A DNA stretch of 64,000 nt. Origin: Chrysomallon squamiferum (Eukaryota; Animalia; Mollusca). A program made the position numbers and the translations under genes. Below the pieces are notes generated by a model. It did not search any database and had not been told where the DNA came from. It saw only the letters and a list, made by a program, of their open reading frames with translations. Positions 40,577-54,846 of the stretch are shown here, piece by piece. Position 1 is the stretch's first letter, and each line of letters begins with the position of its first letter. The stretch lies in contig CM022676.1 of assembly GCA_012295275.1 (NCBI GenBank), positions 13,516,001-13,580,000 on the forward strand, in the 5' to 3' direction.

Positions 40577-41069
40577 AGCAATAAATAAATAAATAAAATG
40601 ATGTTTCATGGTACAAACTGGATTACGTTATTTGAAACTCGCGAATTATTTCGTCCTATTTTGTTATTCACAATTCGTAGCTTTATACATTTCCTCTAAG
40701 GTGATGTTGCCTGAGACTGCCTACCCCTTTTGAGGATATGAACTTTTCCAATCTGCTTCCGTTGAATGCAAACTTAATGAGAGGGGAAATTAACAACAGA
40801 AAATGTGCTCGTAGTGTGAAGGTGAGATTTTATTTTAAAATCTTCACAAAAGTAGCGAAATATTTGTATTATTTATTTATTTATTATTTTTGCTTGTATG
40901 AACAGCATATTTATATTTCAAATGTATAATAATAATAATAATAATAATAATAAAGAAAAGAAGAATTATAATTTCAAATAATTGTTTTACAAAAACGTAC
41001 TTAGAATTGTCCGATATGAACTTTGGGCAGAGTAACGTGTCCACATGTTCACCCGCCAGTGTCTGAACA

Positions 41070-41100
<31 letters not shown>

Positions 41101-41655
41101 AGCTTCTAATATATATATTTAACTGAGACATTGATTACAAGACATATTTAAAAAAAAGTTACGTTAATCATCCATGTAGAACTGATTGATTCATGAAAGA
41201 ATATATATTTAAAAGTGTAAACACTGACTGGCGGCTAACGTCGCTATTTTGAATTTTGATCGGAAATGTCCGTGTACATTCGGAAACAATTACATCGGGT
41301 TTTTAAGCTTTCAGATAAAACAGTTTTACGTCCATTTCAGTATATTTTTTTTATGATTTACACTAATGAAGGTATGGATGCTGTTCATATTACAAAACCA
41401 TGATGTAGAGCACCTCTCCTAATATTTTAAACTTTTCAAACTAATAAACTGAAATTATAATTTTTTTATAAGATAAATATGTTAACTGTTCCCATTAAAT
41501 TTGTGAAATATGGAACCATTTGTTCAACAGACGCAATTTGTGTTGGTGCGAGTTATCGTTCCTGTTGGTCCATGTTATCCGTACTTGAGTAAACTGAGTT
41601 TAGAATTTATTTAATTTCAGTGACTATTACAATTTACATTAACAATAATTAGCAG

Positions 41656-41705
<50 letters not shown>

Positions 41706-43509
41706 TTCACTTAAGATTTCATGTCAGTTTTCATCATTGTATAGTCATACAACTTAATGGTTGCAATGGCAACCTTAAATTCCTTAATATGAATTTTGCA
41801 AATCTTGCACTTTTGGTCTACATAACTTTTTTGTCAGAGGTGTTATCCTGTTTTTCAACAATGTTTTGTTTTACTAGTTAAAGTAGTTTTGATACAAAAA
41901 AGTTACAAATCCTCTTTTGGTTCTCAAACTTGTCACACTACAAGATTTTATATCTTTTAGAGTTGCCTTTTGAATATGGATTGGATCCTTTGCACTGAAC
42001 TGGTTTTATATTTCTGCAGTTCATGGCAAAATATCCTCTCTGTTTAAATAAGTATTGAAACAAAAATTAAGGTACTGTAGCAGTTTATAGTTGCAGAGGT
42101 TTTCTTTATTTTTTCATCAACATTTTATTTTTATTTATTTATTTTGTCAGGAGAAAACTGAATGAATATTCTTCTATTATTTGTTGCTTGCTAGTGCTCT
42201 ATATAAAACTGTCTAAAACACTTTAGCTTCTCTTGACAGATGGAGTCAGATTCTAACCCTGTTTTCAATCACTTGTGTTCATGCATACATTTTTTTCTTC
42301 TTAAAACCACTGTTAAAACACTGAATAAATGTAGCTGTGTATTAAAAAAGTATAAGAAATGTAGCAAAAAGAACTAAAGCAAACATATCACAACAGTAAG
42401 AAGACATTGAAAAACATTTGGCTGAGTGGAAGAGCATTAAATCAAGTATCTACCTAGTTAAATTGACAAATAACAATGAGCTTAGAATCTTAATTTGACT
42501 TTTCTCAATTTGCAGTAAAAGTGGAATAACAACGTATATTTACCAATGCCTTTGTTAACAATACATAGATCTAAAACGACATATTACCATTTACGTTAGT
42601 ACAGTTAAAAGACTATAACAGTTTAATATTTGCATTTGATGTTTAACCATAATCCTTTGCAATACATAAACTCAGCTAATCCTTTGAGTCAACTCCAGAA
42701 AGGTGTTGCAGGTATTAATTAGGGACACTAATTGAGACTAGAGGCAATTAATGAAGCAAACATAAAATAATGTTCTTTGCTTTGTACTTGCTGTGATTTG
42801 ACAGCAAACAAAAGTTACCTATCATCTGACCAGTTTATTCCTGATTCTGGCATTCCTGAATCTGGCAGTGAGATTATAACACATCTTAATTGGGCACGCC
42901 TATTGTTCCATTTCTGGCAGCTTTTTGCTCACCCTTACTAATTGGTGTTAATAATATATATATATATATATTTACCCCCATCTGCAGTTATCTTACAGCA
43001 AGCCCCTGCAATAATGACGTAGTATTAGCCTATTACGATAGTAGTACATGTGCTACCATAGATGTTGTCCACTACCACAACGGGTTCTTCAAGGGGTCTA
43101 CACAAAATATACGTGATAGGAATTTGGGTTCAGTTACCCTGAACATGATGAATCATTTATTTAGACATTTTTATTTCCTTTCCTTTCTTAATGAAATATG
43201 GAGAACCCTCCAGATCCAGTTGAAGTCAAAAGGCAAACAACAAGAGAATGACAAAATAAATGGAGAATGAAGTTGAACAAACATTCTGATAACTAGAAGG
43301 ATTTAAAAGTAAGGTCGCAGAAAGGATACAGGCAGAATAAGAAAAAAATAACAAGTAATAACCGTAAGGAAAAAGGAAGTAATGAAAGAATGACAAATTT
43401 AGGCAGATGCTGCATATGTGCAAAGGCTGAAAAGGAAGGCAGAAACTAAATAGGGCATGGGGATGGGAAAATAGGACATCACCAAAAGATTGCTTTGTGA
43501 AGGAAAAGG

Positions 43510-44485
43510 ATTAGCCTGAGTATCCTATGTGAGAGAACAGCTCAGATGGACAATTGGATGGATATCTCTCTCTGCCAGAGGTAGATCAAAATAATTTTTG
43601 GGCAGATCTTTGCCAGTTGTATGGTTAGTAGTGATTCCAGCAAGTATACACATTTAACAATAATTTTGGCTATATATTCCTTTAGAAATCAGTCATTTTT
43701 GAGTTCACTGGAACCACAAAAATTACCTTTTAGTTGTATACACAAATGTTACATGAAGAAATCCGACATTCCCATCATAAAAACACTGACTTGGAAATCT
43801 TTAGACATCTTTGTACCAACCTAAATAGTGACATAATATCAGTTAATTAACATGACAGCTTTTCTGTGTGATGAATGCAAGGAGATGTCTCAACATAGAG
43901 TACATTTTATATTGCTCAATTATTTCATTAGTGATTATTACTAACTTAGACCTTAAAAAAATAAAAGATGATTTTAAAATAGTTTTTATTTAAGAACTAT
44001 TTAGTTCTGATTTATAATTTTTGACATTTGCAAACATCAGCTATAAGCAAGTTTTTCAGAATAGTGAGGTTCTACATCATATCAAGCCTCTTTACTACAT
44101 TCAGATGAATCCTCTCATGCATCGTGTTGAAAGCTGTCATGTGTAAATAAGCTGACCATTACATGACTATTTAGGTCTATCAAATATATCCGAAAATTTC
44201 AAAGGTGGAGATTTTATGATAGGGCTCTTGGGTTTCTTGTTGTAGTCTGTACATGTAAAACTAAACAGTATATTTTATGATACCAGTGAACTTGAAAATG
44301 ACTGATCTAAAGAAATGTAAAACCAAAATTATTGTTAAATGAGATACCCCTGGTTGGAATCATGGACAACTCTAAGTTTGGCAGAGATTTGCCAAAAAAT
44401 GATACAGACCTATCTCTGGCGGAGAACCAGCAATTTCCATCCAACTTTCTGAGCTGTTCTTTGCCAGAAGATATTTGGGCTAGGA
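43510..44485. mobile_element. Degenerate ~1 kb palindrome (foldback/MITE-like)
   Basis: ~43510-43900 is the diverged reverse complement of ~44090-44485 (agaacagctcaga/tctgagctgttct, catttaacaataattttgg/ccaaaattattgttaaatg, acatgacagctttc/gaaagctgtcatgt); centre near 43990. Confidence 0.75.
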
Positions 44486-46024
44486 AAGGATATGAAATGA
44501 AAAAAAAAAAGGATATTGGAAGGTACAGATTAGAAAGCCCTTACAAGATTCAGTTGATATTGCAACTGAACATCATCATAGAATAGGCCTACACGTGGTT
44601 CCAGACAAAACTGATATTACCAAAAGCAAAGACTGCTAACAAGGATGTCAACATCAAGTGAGCAAAGAGCTTGGTATTGCAGTCTATTCTTCCTGCTTCT
44701 ACTGCTTCGAAAAAGATGTACTATCAACATGGGATACTGGTCAAACCAAAGAAAAGCAAATGATATGGATGTTGGAAGAAGGACTTTCTGCAAGTCATGC
44801 CCTGAGAATAAAGCAAAAGTACAACAATATTTCAAAAGCAGTCAGTGTATTAATGTAAAAGCTATAAAGGGTCGTCAATAACCAAACTGGGAAAGTGGAT
44901 CAAGAAAATAAAAGGATCTAGTATCAAGGGCTGTTTATAGTATGTTATGCCTGTTATGTGGCTGCAAATTGTGGGGTAGCAATAGCATTATAAAAAGGAC
45001 TTTAAAAAACCTGATAACTACAATGAAATAGATGAACTGGATGCAATGAGAAAATTTAAATTTCAGTGGAAGAAAACCTAGGGTGAAGAATGTGAAAAAG
45101 CAAAGCAACAGCTAGTGAAAAAACAGGGCACTGTGTTTGAATTTTTAAAATAAATGGAAGATGATCTTGAAGATTTTGCCAGATGTGGCTTTTGTTGTCA
45201 GATTGTAATAGTTGACGACTGACATGTTGGATATATTTCTTTTATTTATCAACATTCATACATTTTAGAAAGAGATGTATTGTGTAAAGACATTTTTCTT
45301 TCAGTGCAAAGTAAAATGTATTATGGAAAAATAACAAACTATATTATGATTTGCATATGTTGTTGCTTGCATCTATCATACTGATGTGATATTTCCTTTA
45401 ATGAAATAATCTACTGTATTCTTTGGACTACAAGAGATGATATGAAGAAATTAGGCATACAATATATTTTGGGGATCTGTTGAACTCGTGCCAAACATTT
45501 GTCACAGGACACAATTTGGTAAAGGGACACAAATATGACATCTCCAGCATAAACATGTTACTTTTTTCCTTAACAGACATACTTACAATTTTTCATCTTT
45601 CTGCATTATTAAATATCAAAAGTAATAATGTTAGGCACATGATGTTATTAATATGATGGACATGACACAAAATATTAGATTGCCTAGTTCACATGCATCC
45701 ATTTTAAAACCAGTGCAAGCCATTATCTTCTAATCATTTTTTTGATACATAGACTTACAAACTCTATAAAAAGCTAAAGCTAAATTGTTTAAGAACATAC
45801 TTTTAATAAATGTACATTTTATAGTTGTCCTAAAACTGAAAATTTAACTTTTCAATATCTTTTTTTTTTCTTTGACCCACAGCAAAACGTGCATTTTGTA
45901 TTGTCAGCTAATAAGCCTATGTGTAATAAGTTGTGTTTCTTTATTTAGTGATAGTATTGATCCATGTAAATGTTGAAGTTGACTTTACACATTGAGTTTT
46001 CAATATATGGTCACTAAGCCATCT

Positions 46025-46315
46025 TCTTGAATTTTGTGCAGATATACTTCTGAAACCAGGTATGAATGTGTTCAGCAGTGTTCATTGCTATGGCAGTTTG
46101 GTGATGCAAGTGCTGAACGTGGAGGTAGTGACCTTGTGCTACAGTTATTGTACAGGGTCTTCCACTTATGGTTGGTCTTTATGATTGAAACTGCTTGTAT
46201 CTGCCCCAGTGCACTGAAATGGTTTTTTGATGGACATTTATGTGGTGTACGACTGCAATTCTGACTGCAGGTGGCCTATTGCAGTGTTTGCATTCAGCAG
46301 GCTTAGTCTCAGCAT
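46025..46315 (-). mobile_element. Decayed Tc1 transposase 5' fragment
   Basis: MLRLS..AIGHLQ..NVHQKTISVHWGRY..SGRPCTITVAQGHYLHVQHL..ISAQ resembles the Tc1 paired-like HTH with a GRPR-type linker; stops and frameshifts. Confidence 0.7.
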
Positions 46316-46996
46316 CTTGTAACTGCCTTAATTGAAACGGAAATACAGCATGATTATGAGCATTGTAGCTTTAAATATCCATCAGTATCGCATTCTTTCC
46401 CACTGAGTTTCATGTGCATTCACCAAAACTGACAATTTCTTGCCGATTTCCTGCAATTGTCATACGTGTTAAAGTGTTTTTAGGGTGCTAAACACTGCTA
46501 TGTTATATCCAGTTATATTTGATACTTGTAGTCACTTTGTTGTTTTTAAAAGATTAATTTATATGGCTTAACAATACAGAAAATACATCAGTGCCAGTTG
46601 TAAGTAAAGTGAAATTTAGACAACACAGTGAGTCTTCCAACATACAATTTTGTCATTCGTATCTGACCTAAACTAAAATTATAATCATATAGCAAACACT
46701 TTATCTAAATGTTCTATGCATTGTATGTGATATTTTATTGCCACTGACACATTTTTCAGCAGATTTTTCTTCATTGTGTGCAAATTTGTGGGCTGGTTTC
46801 TCTTTTGCCATATGATACACACAATGAGATATGATGACAAAAAAGCTTCTTACTTTTTTTTTTTTTTTTTTAGTTGTCTCAAGAGACATCAAATTCAGCT
46901 GGTTAGTGTTATATTTTCTGATGTACCTATTGGAGTCAGTGCAGCCCTTGTTTCTTCATCATTGTTGTTTTTCCTGAATAATGTAATTGCCTGTTT

Positions 46997-46997
<1 letters not shown>

Positions 46998-47047
<50 letters not shown>
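46998..47047. repeat. (GA)n microsatellite
   Basis: Perfect dinucleotide run followed by (GGGA)n. Confidence 0.98.
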
Positions 47048-47053
<6 letters not shown>

Positions 47054-47744
47054 AGGGAGGGAGGGAGGGGGAGCTCTCCATCCTTGAGATTTCTAATTAT
47101 ACATTTTCTAGATGTGATTCTAAATTAATTGGTGATTGGTTACTGTAAAAAGTGAGCAAACTGACAAAGCTATTGAGTATAGTTCATTTTACTGAAGCAT
47201 CCACTAAATAAACAACACATTAACAAATAGTAAACCTTTTATTATGTATTAATGTTGGGTAAACAAAGGTAAATTTAAAATTCGACAAAAGAAATGAAAA
47301 TGACTAGCTTAGCTGGACACCATTTTATATTCAGAAACAAGACTCAGGATAATCAAGATATTTATTTTAACATTAACTTTGATACATTAAATGTCTAAAA
47401 TAAATATGATATTTATGACACATATTACACTGTGTTGCCAAGAATTAGTCTCAAAGTGTTCACTGCTAACTGAAAATGCAAATAGTTAGATGTACTTGTT
47501 ATATACTATGTAATTTTATTATTAATATATGGAGACAGTTAATACTAATAGAAACAGTTCTAACTCCATTAAAAAATTGGCTGTCTTCAACTTCTTTTCA
47601 TTTTCTGTTATTTCAGTCTCACTTTCCAGATATAGGATAAATGCACAGGTGGACATAAGCCCCCATACAAGGTACAAATGCTACCCAAATTGAGAAATTG
47701 CCAAAATGGCTTTCTTTTCCTTTTCAGGTGTGTCCTATAAATTC

Positions 47745-48800
47745 CCCACAAAGACAATTCCCCATAGACAATTCTCCACAGACAATCCTCCACACAGACA
47801 GTTCCCAAACCACACATAGTATTGAGCAGAATTAGTATTTTATTTTATTAAATATTAACCAACAATAATTAGTATTGACATAAAAAACTGATTGATTTAC
47901 TTAAATCTTACACAATGGCCAAATTATGTCTGGGACAGTCTTACTGTTGTCACGCCTGTCAGTGCACAGTTTGTGCAGCTTTGACTGGAGTTTGTGGGTG
48001 TGGCTCTTACGTGCTTTGCTCGTGGCTTACCACACAGGTCACATAGTATGGCAATGGTACTCTGGGCCTAATATTGCTGTATGCTCTCAAAGGCTGTCCA
48101 GATGATAGGGTGTACATGTCCAAATAGCTTTGCAAAGGTGTTGTTCCATCCCTTGGATATGTTGTTGGTTTTTGATCTGCCTTCAAGAGTAATGGAATTG
48201 ACGTTCCATATGGGTGGTGGGTACGTAGGAGGCATGCGATGCATCCTAAGTGGAGGGATGGATCCATCTGGAAGTTGTGGGGCTGAATATGATGGAAGAC
48301 TCATATATATTGTCAAAGTAGTCCAGGAGAGGTTCAAGTCCTTCTGCTGTATATTCCCATAGATATGTCATACCAACAGGAACGTCATCCACTAGTAAGA
48401 AGGTGAGTCCATCAAGCATGCCACAAGAGTTTCACATCCTCCTCTATATCAGTGTACAAGACCAAGAGTGTGGATCTTCCTCCATGCGTCCTGTGTTAGG
48501 TGAGAGAAGCAGCCATGTAGGTTGACGTTGGGGTCCAAAGGATGACATCATAGCATTAATAACAGCTTGCTCAAAGATGATGGTTGTGAGATCAGACTGG
48601 AAACAGAGTGCTGTTCATCTGTCTTGTATGGCAGTGAACAGTTCCTCATGATGCTTGTTCGGCAGAAACGTATACACAAGTCACAGCCAACTCTCACAAT
48701 GTTGAATGTTCTGTCAATATACCAGGAGTCAGAACTATTTATTTTAATTATTTTTATGATTTTCATTAAAACACAATACGATGTTTTAGTAACAAACAAT
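47745..48800 (-). mobile_element. Decayed Mutator-like (MULE) transposon
   Basis: WYIDRTF (DGTF-like), GCFSHLTQ..WRKI..LGL and PPPIWNV..RSKTNNISKGWNN..GHVHP are MULE transposase motifs; gacaattcccc-type subterminal repeats at 47745-47810. Confidence 0.85.
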
Positions 48801-49285
48801 AAAAGATAAACAAGAAGTTTAGGCTAATTTTTTAACACAAAATTCATAGCATTTATTATTTTGACCAGACAGGCAAGGAAACTGTAATAAGTTAAAAACG
48901 TGTCCAGCAGGTGATCACACATAATTATCTTTGTCAACAACACCCTCTTTCTCAGGGAATACACTACTCCTATAAAGTGTTATATAATCTAAGATGTCAA
49001 TATGGTTACATACATCATATCAACCATAACAATGACAGACCCAGGAATTTAATTACGAGTAATCATGCTTGTACATTCTCAACATAACTGTAAAGTAATT
49101 AGATGCATGTGTAATGTAATCACTTCATTCTTGGTGTATAAGTAATTTTTTATTTTTTATTTAATTTTTTTTATTATTATTATTTTTTTATATACTTTTT
49201 ATATAAATGTTAACCACTAAATTAAACAATTATGTTGTCGTATCTAGCATACACTGAATTACATTTATTTTTCTGTTTTAGCATA

Positions 49286-49346
49286 ATGTGTCTGAGATTC
49301 TGGCTGTTGATATGCATTTGGCTAACAAGAGGTGACATTTCTTTAG
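49286..49346 (+). CDS. Gene D signal-peptide exon (MCLRFWLLICIWLTRGDISL-G)
   Basis: ttttag acceptor at 49281, ATG at 49286, phase-1 gtatgt donor; implies an upstream non-coding exon. Confidence 0.78.
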
Positions 49347-52300
49347 GTATGTTACTATGACCTTTCTTGAATTTAAATTATTTTATTAATTTTAACATAT
49401 ATATATATACTGAATATGTTTTCTTTCTCATTCTTTGTTTTTTTTATCATTGGGTCATTCAGTGTCAAATCAACCAAAAAACCAGATATTTTAAACCTAT
49501 ATATATTTGTTGATTGGTATCCCACAGCACCAAATTTTAGGCCAATCGTGTGGTTTTTGCGATTTTTTCGCCAAAATGGGTGTTGTCACCAACCTTTGAA
49601 CCCTCATATCTCAGGAACTACTGTGCCAATCTTCACAAAATTGGTATTGTTGGAAAGGCAGTTATTATTGTTCAGATTTGAGAATGTTTTGTACACTAAC
49701 CATTTGACCTTTGTTATGACCTTGACATGATGTTGCTTGAAACATAAAAGTTTCAGAGGTCTAATATTCTTTGTTTAGCAGCAATATACATTCATAAATT
49801 GCATTTCCATTAAAATAACACCTACTTCCCTCACTGCTTCTCACCAATTCAGCAGTCACAAAATCATTCAGTCACTTACTTCCCCACAGTCTTGCAATTC
49901 TAGCACCATCTTTTTTACTCAGAGAGTACATCCGTCCATCCATCAAGAAGATGCAATAGAAGGTGTGTCAATGACACAGAAGTTCCCTTCACTAATCCAA
50001 CAAATGTCTTCGTTTGGCCAGTGAAACAACTTACACGGTCTGTGAAGGTGCATGTGAATCAGGTTTTGTGGTAAAAGCCAGGGCAAGTCTCTTGGAGGTT
50101 ATATTCATAGCACTACAAGACAGTTTAAATACATGGGATGCCAGTATCATCTAGTTCATGGTAAATTTTTGTTCAGTATATGTAGATACGTTTCAAACCA
50201 GACTTCTGCTGAGCATGTTAGGAGCATGTCAAGTGTGTAGATGGCTATCCCTAAAATGCAGACTTTTCATCATTTGGTGTGATTATTGCAGGTGTTTTCT
50301 TAATCAGATGTGAGGGATATGACCAAAATGGGCATTTTTGAATTTGTCATGTGATTTGTTCAATTGTAAAATTTTGTTCAAGTTCAACAGATCAAACCAC
50401 ATGGATCAACCTATAGTTTTCATCCAAAATTAAATATATTTTTTAATATAACATTTCAGCCAGAAACTGACAAGATTTCACTAAATTCTACAATTAAGAA
50501 AATAAGTTTTGAACATGCAAACTGAATGCTGTCATTCCTGTGGAGCATCATGGTAAATAAAATTCAGTGAAAATACCCCTGCATTCTAAATCAGTTAAAT
50601 CATTGCATTTTCATAAACTTTTATAGAACTATTAACAAGACAAAAATAACATTTTATGTTGTGAGCACCTTAGAGGTTTTCTTGCTTGCCATTCATTAAT
50701 GATTTCTGAGCAGATGATTTTTTGCCGACCCATGTTGTCTGTCTTAAATCTAAGTCATGTCATCTAAATGATGTCATTGAACAATGTCCTTATTTACAAA
50801 GTAACTTGTTGTTACTGTTTCTTCTTTTAAACAATATTAATCTGATTATTTAAATAATTGATAGTACTGAATGTATGGCTAATCCCCATTGTAATTATCA
50901 AGTAACTTTCATTTGATTATCTTGAAAATTAAAGGAAATACAAGATATTTTTTGCCATTTTGCCATTGATAAATCATAGAGATCAGATGAACTAAAGGAA
51001 AATAAGGGCAATTTTTGACATAACTGAAATGTCCATAACTTCCTTATTTATTAATATATTTTGATCATCTTGGTGTCATTTTGTTATTTGTTTAGTGCTC
51101 TTTTTAATGGAAAACGTTTGAAGTTTGATCAGGTTAATATTTTTTTTTGTAACATACTTAGGCTAGTGTATGAAATTCATAACTGAATTCATAATTGGAA
51201 GTGCTCAAACTAGATCAATACTGCAGAAACCCATATTCCCAACTATCTTCATGAAAATTACAAGAACAGTGTAAACACATTACCTCCTAGGAAAAGAATA
51301 AGATCTTTTGAAAATATCACAACTAATACTGTAGAGTGACATAAGATCAACACAAACCATCATATTCCTGGAAAAGGCCTACTCAAAATGCAATGGCACG
51401 TTTAGATTCAAACCTCACATTGACCCACTAGAAGTAGAAAACGAGGCCAAGACTGTATAAGTCATTACTGTCTCATCTGAATTGAGCCTCGATGCATGCA
51501 AACATAACCAAATAACTGAAATCATACTATAGTAACCACACACATGCAGCTTAACCACTGGAACAGTATCCTACAAAAGAAGATGTAGCAGCTCTCTATC
51601 TCTGAATTTTAACCATGTATAATATTTATGGAATGAGCTGGTTAAATGTCCAAGACAGCAACAAACAGTCACAGAATCTTCTACAATTGACTAAATTTAT
51701 AGGCAGAGTAGGCTCTTTGATATTGTCAATTTTAACTTCTGAAATCTCACTGAGTGTCAACTGTGAATATCTGAAATATGTGAACATTCTGAACTTTCTG
51801 TTGATACATCTTCAAACAGTATTACATATAATTTGTTTCAGTCGTGGTATTCTTCTTTTCTGAACCATGAACACATCCTTTGTTTAGTTGAGGAAACGGT
51901 TATTCCTTAATCTTCAGTTAAGGCTTTTTCATTGGAGTTTCCAATTATTCTGCCTGTGAATGTGAGGACATTTAATGCAAGCTGTGAGTTAATGAAAAAT
52001 GTTATATAATTAGAGAAGGCATAGCACTGATAAACACTATCATTTATAATTAGCTTTTTCTTCTTTTGTGCCTTTTTTTATTTTTTCTTATTTAATTTTT
52101 TAATTTTTAATTTTTAATTTTTTTAATTTTAATTTTAATTTTAATTTTTTGTGGTTGCAGGAAATGGAATTCTTACAACAAACAAGAAAACAGCAATTGT
52201 TGGTCAGTCTCTTACTTTGACGTACACAAGTGATAATGACAACATTACTGAGACTTTGTATTTTAAGAGGAATTCAGTGTTGAAAGGATTATGCAGACCA

Positions 52301-54803
52301 CTGCCAGATGGTGGACTTTGTGGTTCTGGAGCTCCTGGAATCAGTGTAACAAGACAATCTGCAAATGTTGTAACTTTGAAGATTTCATCTTTCAGTGAAA
52401 CAGAACATGCAGGAAATTGGACAGTTCAAGAAAACAGTATCTTTTCAAATGAAATCATTTTAACACCTCCCTTTGCTAGTAAGTCAGATACACAGGTTAA
52501 ACAAATATATAAACACACACACACACACACACACACACAAAGTAAATGAATAAAAAAGTATGATTATTAAGTATTAAATATATATGCATCAACAAGGTTA
52601 TTTTAATGTACAATTGTTTTCATGCTAAAAAATAAAAATGTATTAGATGAGTTAAATTACAATCCTTATTTAAGTACATATTTAATTAATGCCTAATGAA
52701 AAGAGTTTAAATATAAATTGATATCTCAAAAAAAAAAAAATGTATTGAAAGTAATAGATTAAGTGTGCTTTATTGAGGAAGGAGTATTTTGGAAACTGTA
52801 ATAAAAGTCATAAAATGTTCACATACTTTGTTCCTCCAAGAAATGTTAGAAGTGTCAGTTTATTTTCTGTTGAGTTTGCTTAATAACTATGTTTAACAAT
52901 TCTACATATTGTCCCTTAACAAGTTTCAAACACTAAAAGTTATAATTGTAAAAAGAATAAGACATCATTACTATGTCCAGCTAATTGTGTAGAGAATTTT
53001 TCATAATTTTCACATTTTGCCTATATGGCTGTGAGAGACGTTTCATATTTATTAATGACAAAACATTGAAATCCGATCTAAATCATAGAATAAATAGCAC
53101 ATTCAACTTTTCTAAAATTTAGAAAGAATTTTCACAAGATTGTTTATTATCCTATGTAAGACTGTATGGTACTGTTTTAAAAAACCCAAAATGTGTAAAA
53201 CTTTAACAGTAGTGATTTGCAAATATTTTTCCTTATTTTTCACCCTCTAATCTGTCTGTGTTTAGCATGTGACTATTCACTCCCACATTTTGAAAATAAC
53301 TACATTATGCTAAGACAAAATTAAGATTTCATGATAACATTTAAATATATGGAGTTTGGTTTTAAAAGGTAACAGAGCAGAATTAAACTTTATTCAAGAG
53401 AATTAGCAATACATGTATTTCTTGTATTTTGTGTTTTCTCAATTATTTAAGAAAAGAAGAAAAAAAGAACACAGATAAACTGTTTTAAGAGCTGTGAGGT
53501 ATAGATACATACAGTCTGACATTAGCAGTACCTTTCAGATTTTATTTATTTATTTATTTTTAGCTGTTGTTGATACGTCTGTGATTAATTTCACTGATGC
53601 GTGTTCAGTGCAGACAGACATTGATTCTCGGACAGAGTTTTCTCTCAGCATAACGACTGGCTGTGCTTACCCAGCTGTGAACATCTCCTGGAGGTTTACT
53701 GATAAAACTTCTGTGGTAAATCAGCTTTTGTAAAGTGATAACTAAACAGTCCTGGAAAGATTAAACTCAAATTTAAATGTTTCAATGATGGAATTTATAG
53801 AGGGAAAATTAATCATGTTTGTTTAATTGTTTGTAATAAAATTTTTATTTTAAATAATACTGTATAAAGAAAAAGACATTGACTGGTACAAGTTTAAGTC
53901 CAACGTGTCAAGTAAACCAGAGAATAATGCTAGTGCAGGTTTTTGAATTTTAATAAGGATGGTAGTAACTACAAAACAATTACACCGTATGCTTTTTTTT
54001 TCTCTAATAAATATTTTGTCTTAATGTTGGTATCTTTCTGTTGGCCAAATCTGATCAGACTTGTCCATAGTAAGTATGGTAAATACTGTAAAATAAACTG
54101 AATATTTTTAAAGCAGTTTCCTGCATTTTACGATTTCTACACCAAATGTGTTTATCATGCCATAACTCCTGTTACATTTCACGAATCCAATATTATGATA
54201 CATGACAAGAAAACACAAAAGCAGCTCTTTCCATTTTCCCAAAAAGCAACCAATTTTAATTTATTTATTTAATATAATATTTATATTTCAGAACTTGATA
54301 CCAGTTAGTGCAATAGATAGTAATTATTGTACAATTACACTAGTATTTATAACACACTTTTGTTTTCTTTTCATCATTATATTAGTTAAAGGAAAAAACT
54401 GATAATGACATTTCCATGTTAGTTTTTTTCTGTTTTAGAACTTGACTCCAGTTATTGCAACATACAGTAATGGCTGTACAAGTCCACAAGTTAAAACAGT
54501 TGCCAGGCTGACTATGAATTATTTAACTGTACAAGGAAAAGTTAATGTCACTACTCACTTGATTCATCCATCTTTTAACAATGATGTCTATAACAAGTTT
54601 ATCTGTACTGCTCATTTTCCAGGTAAGTAAAGATTAAATATCTAAACTATTCTGTATTTTCATTAGTTGAAGTAAATGTAAATATAGTTTTGCAAGTTTC
54701 ATGTATGCACAATAAGATATAATTAATTACTGATATATATTTATGAAGTTACTTAATATCTAAAATATTTATTTTGGTTTTGTAATTATTATGTATGAAT
54801 GAA

Positions 54804-54846
<43 letters not shown>

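Noticed and set aside
44600-45750. Cys-containing ORF fragments, possibly a transposase relic
   Set aside because: Too fragmented to assign by eye
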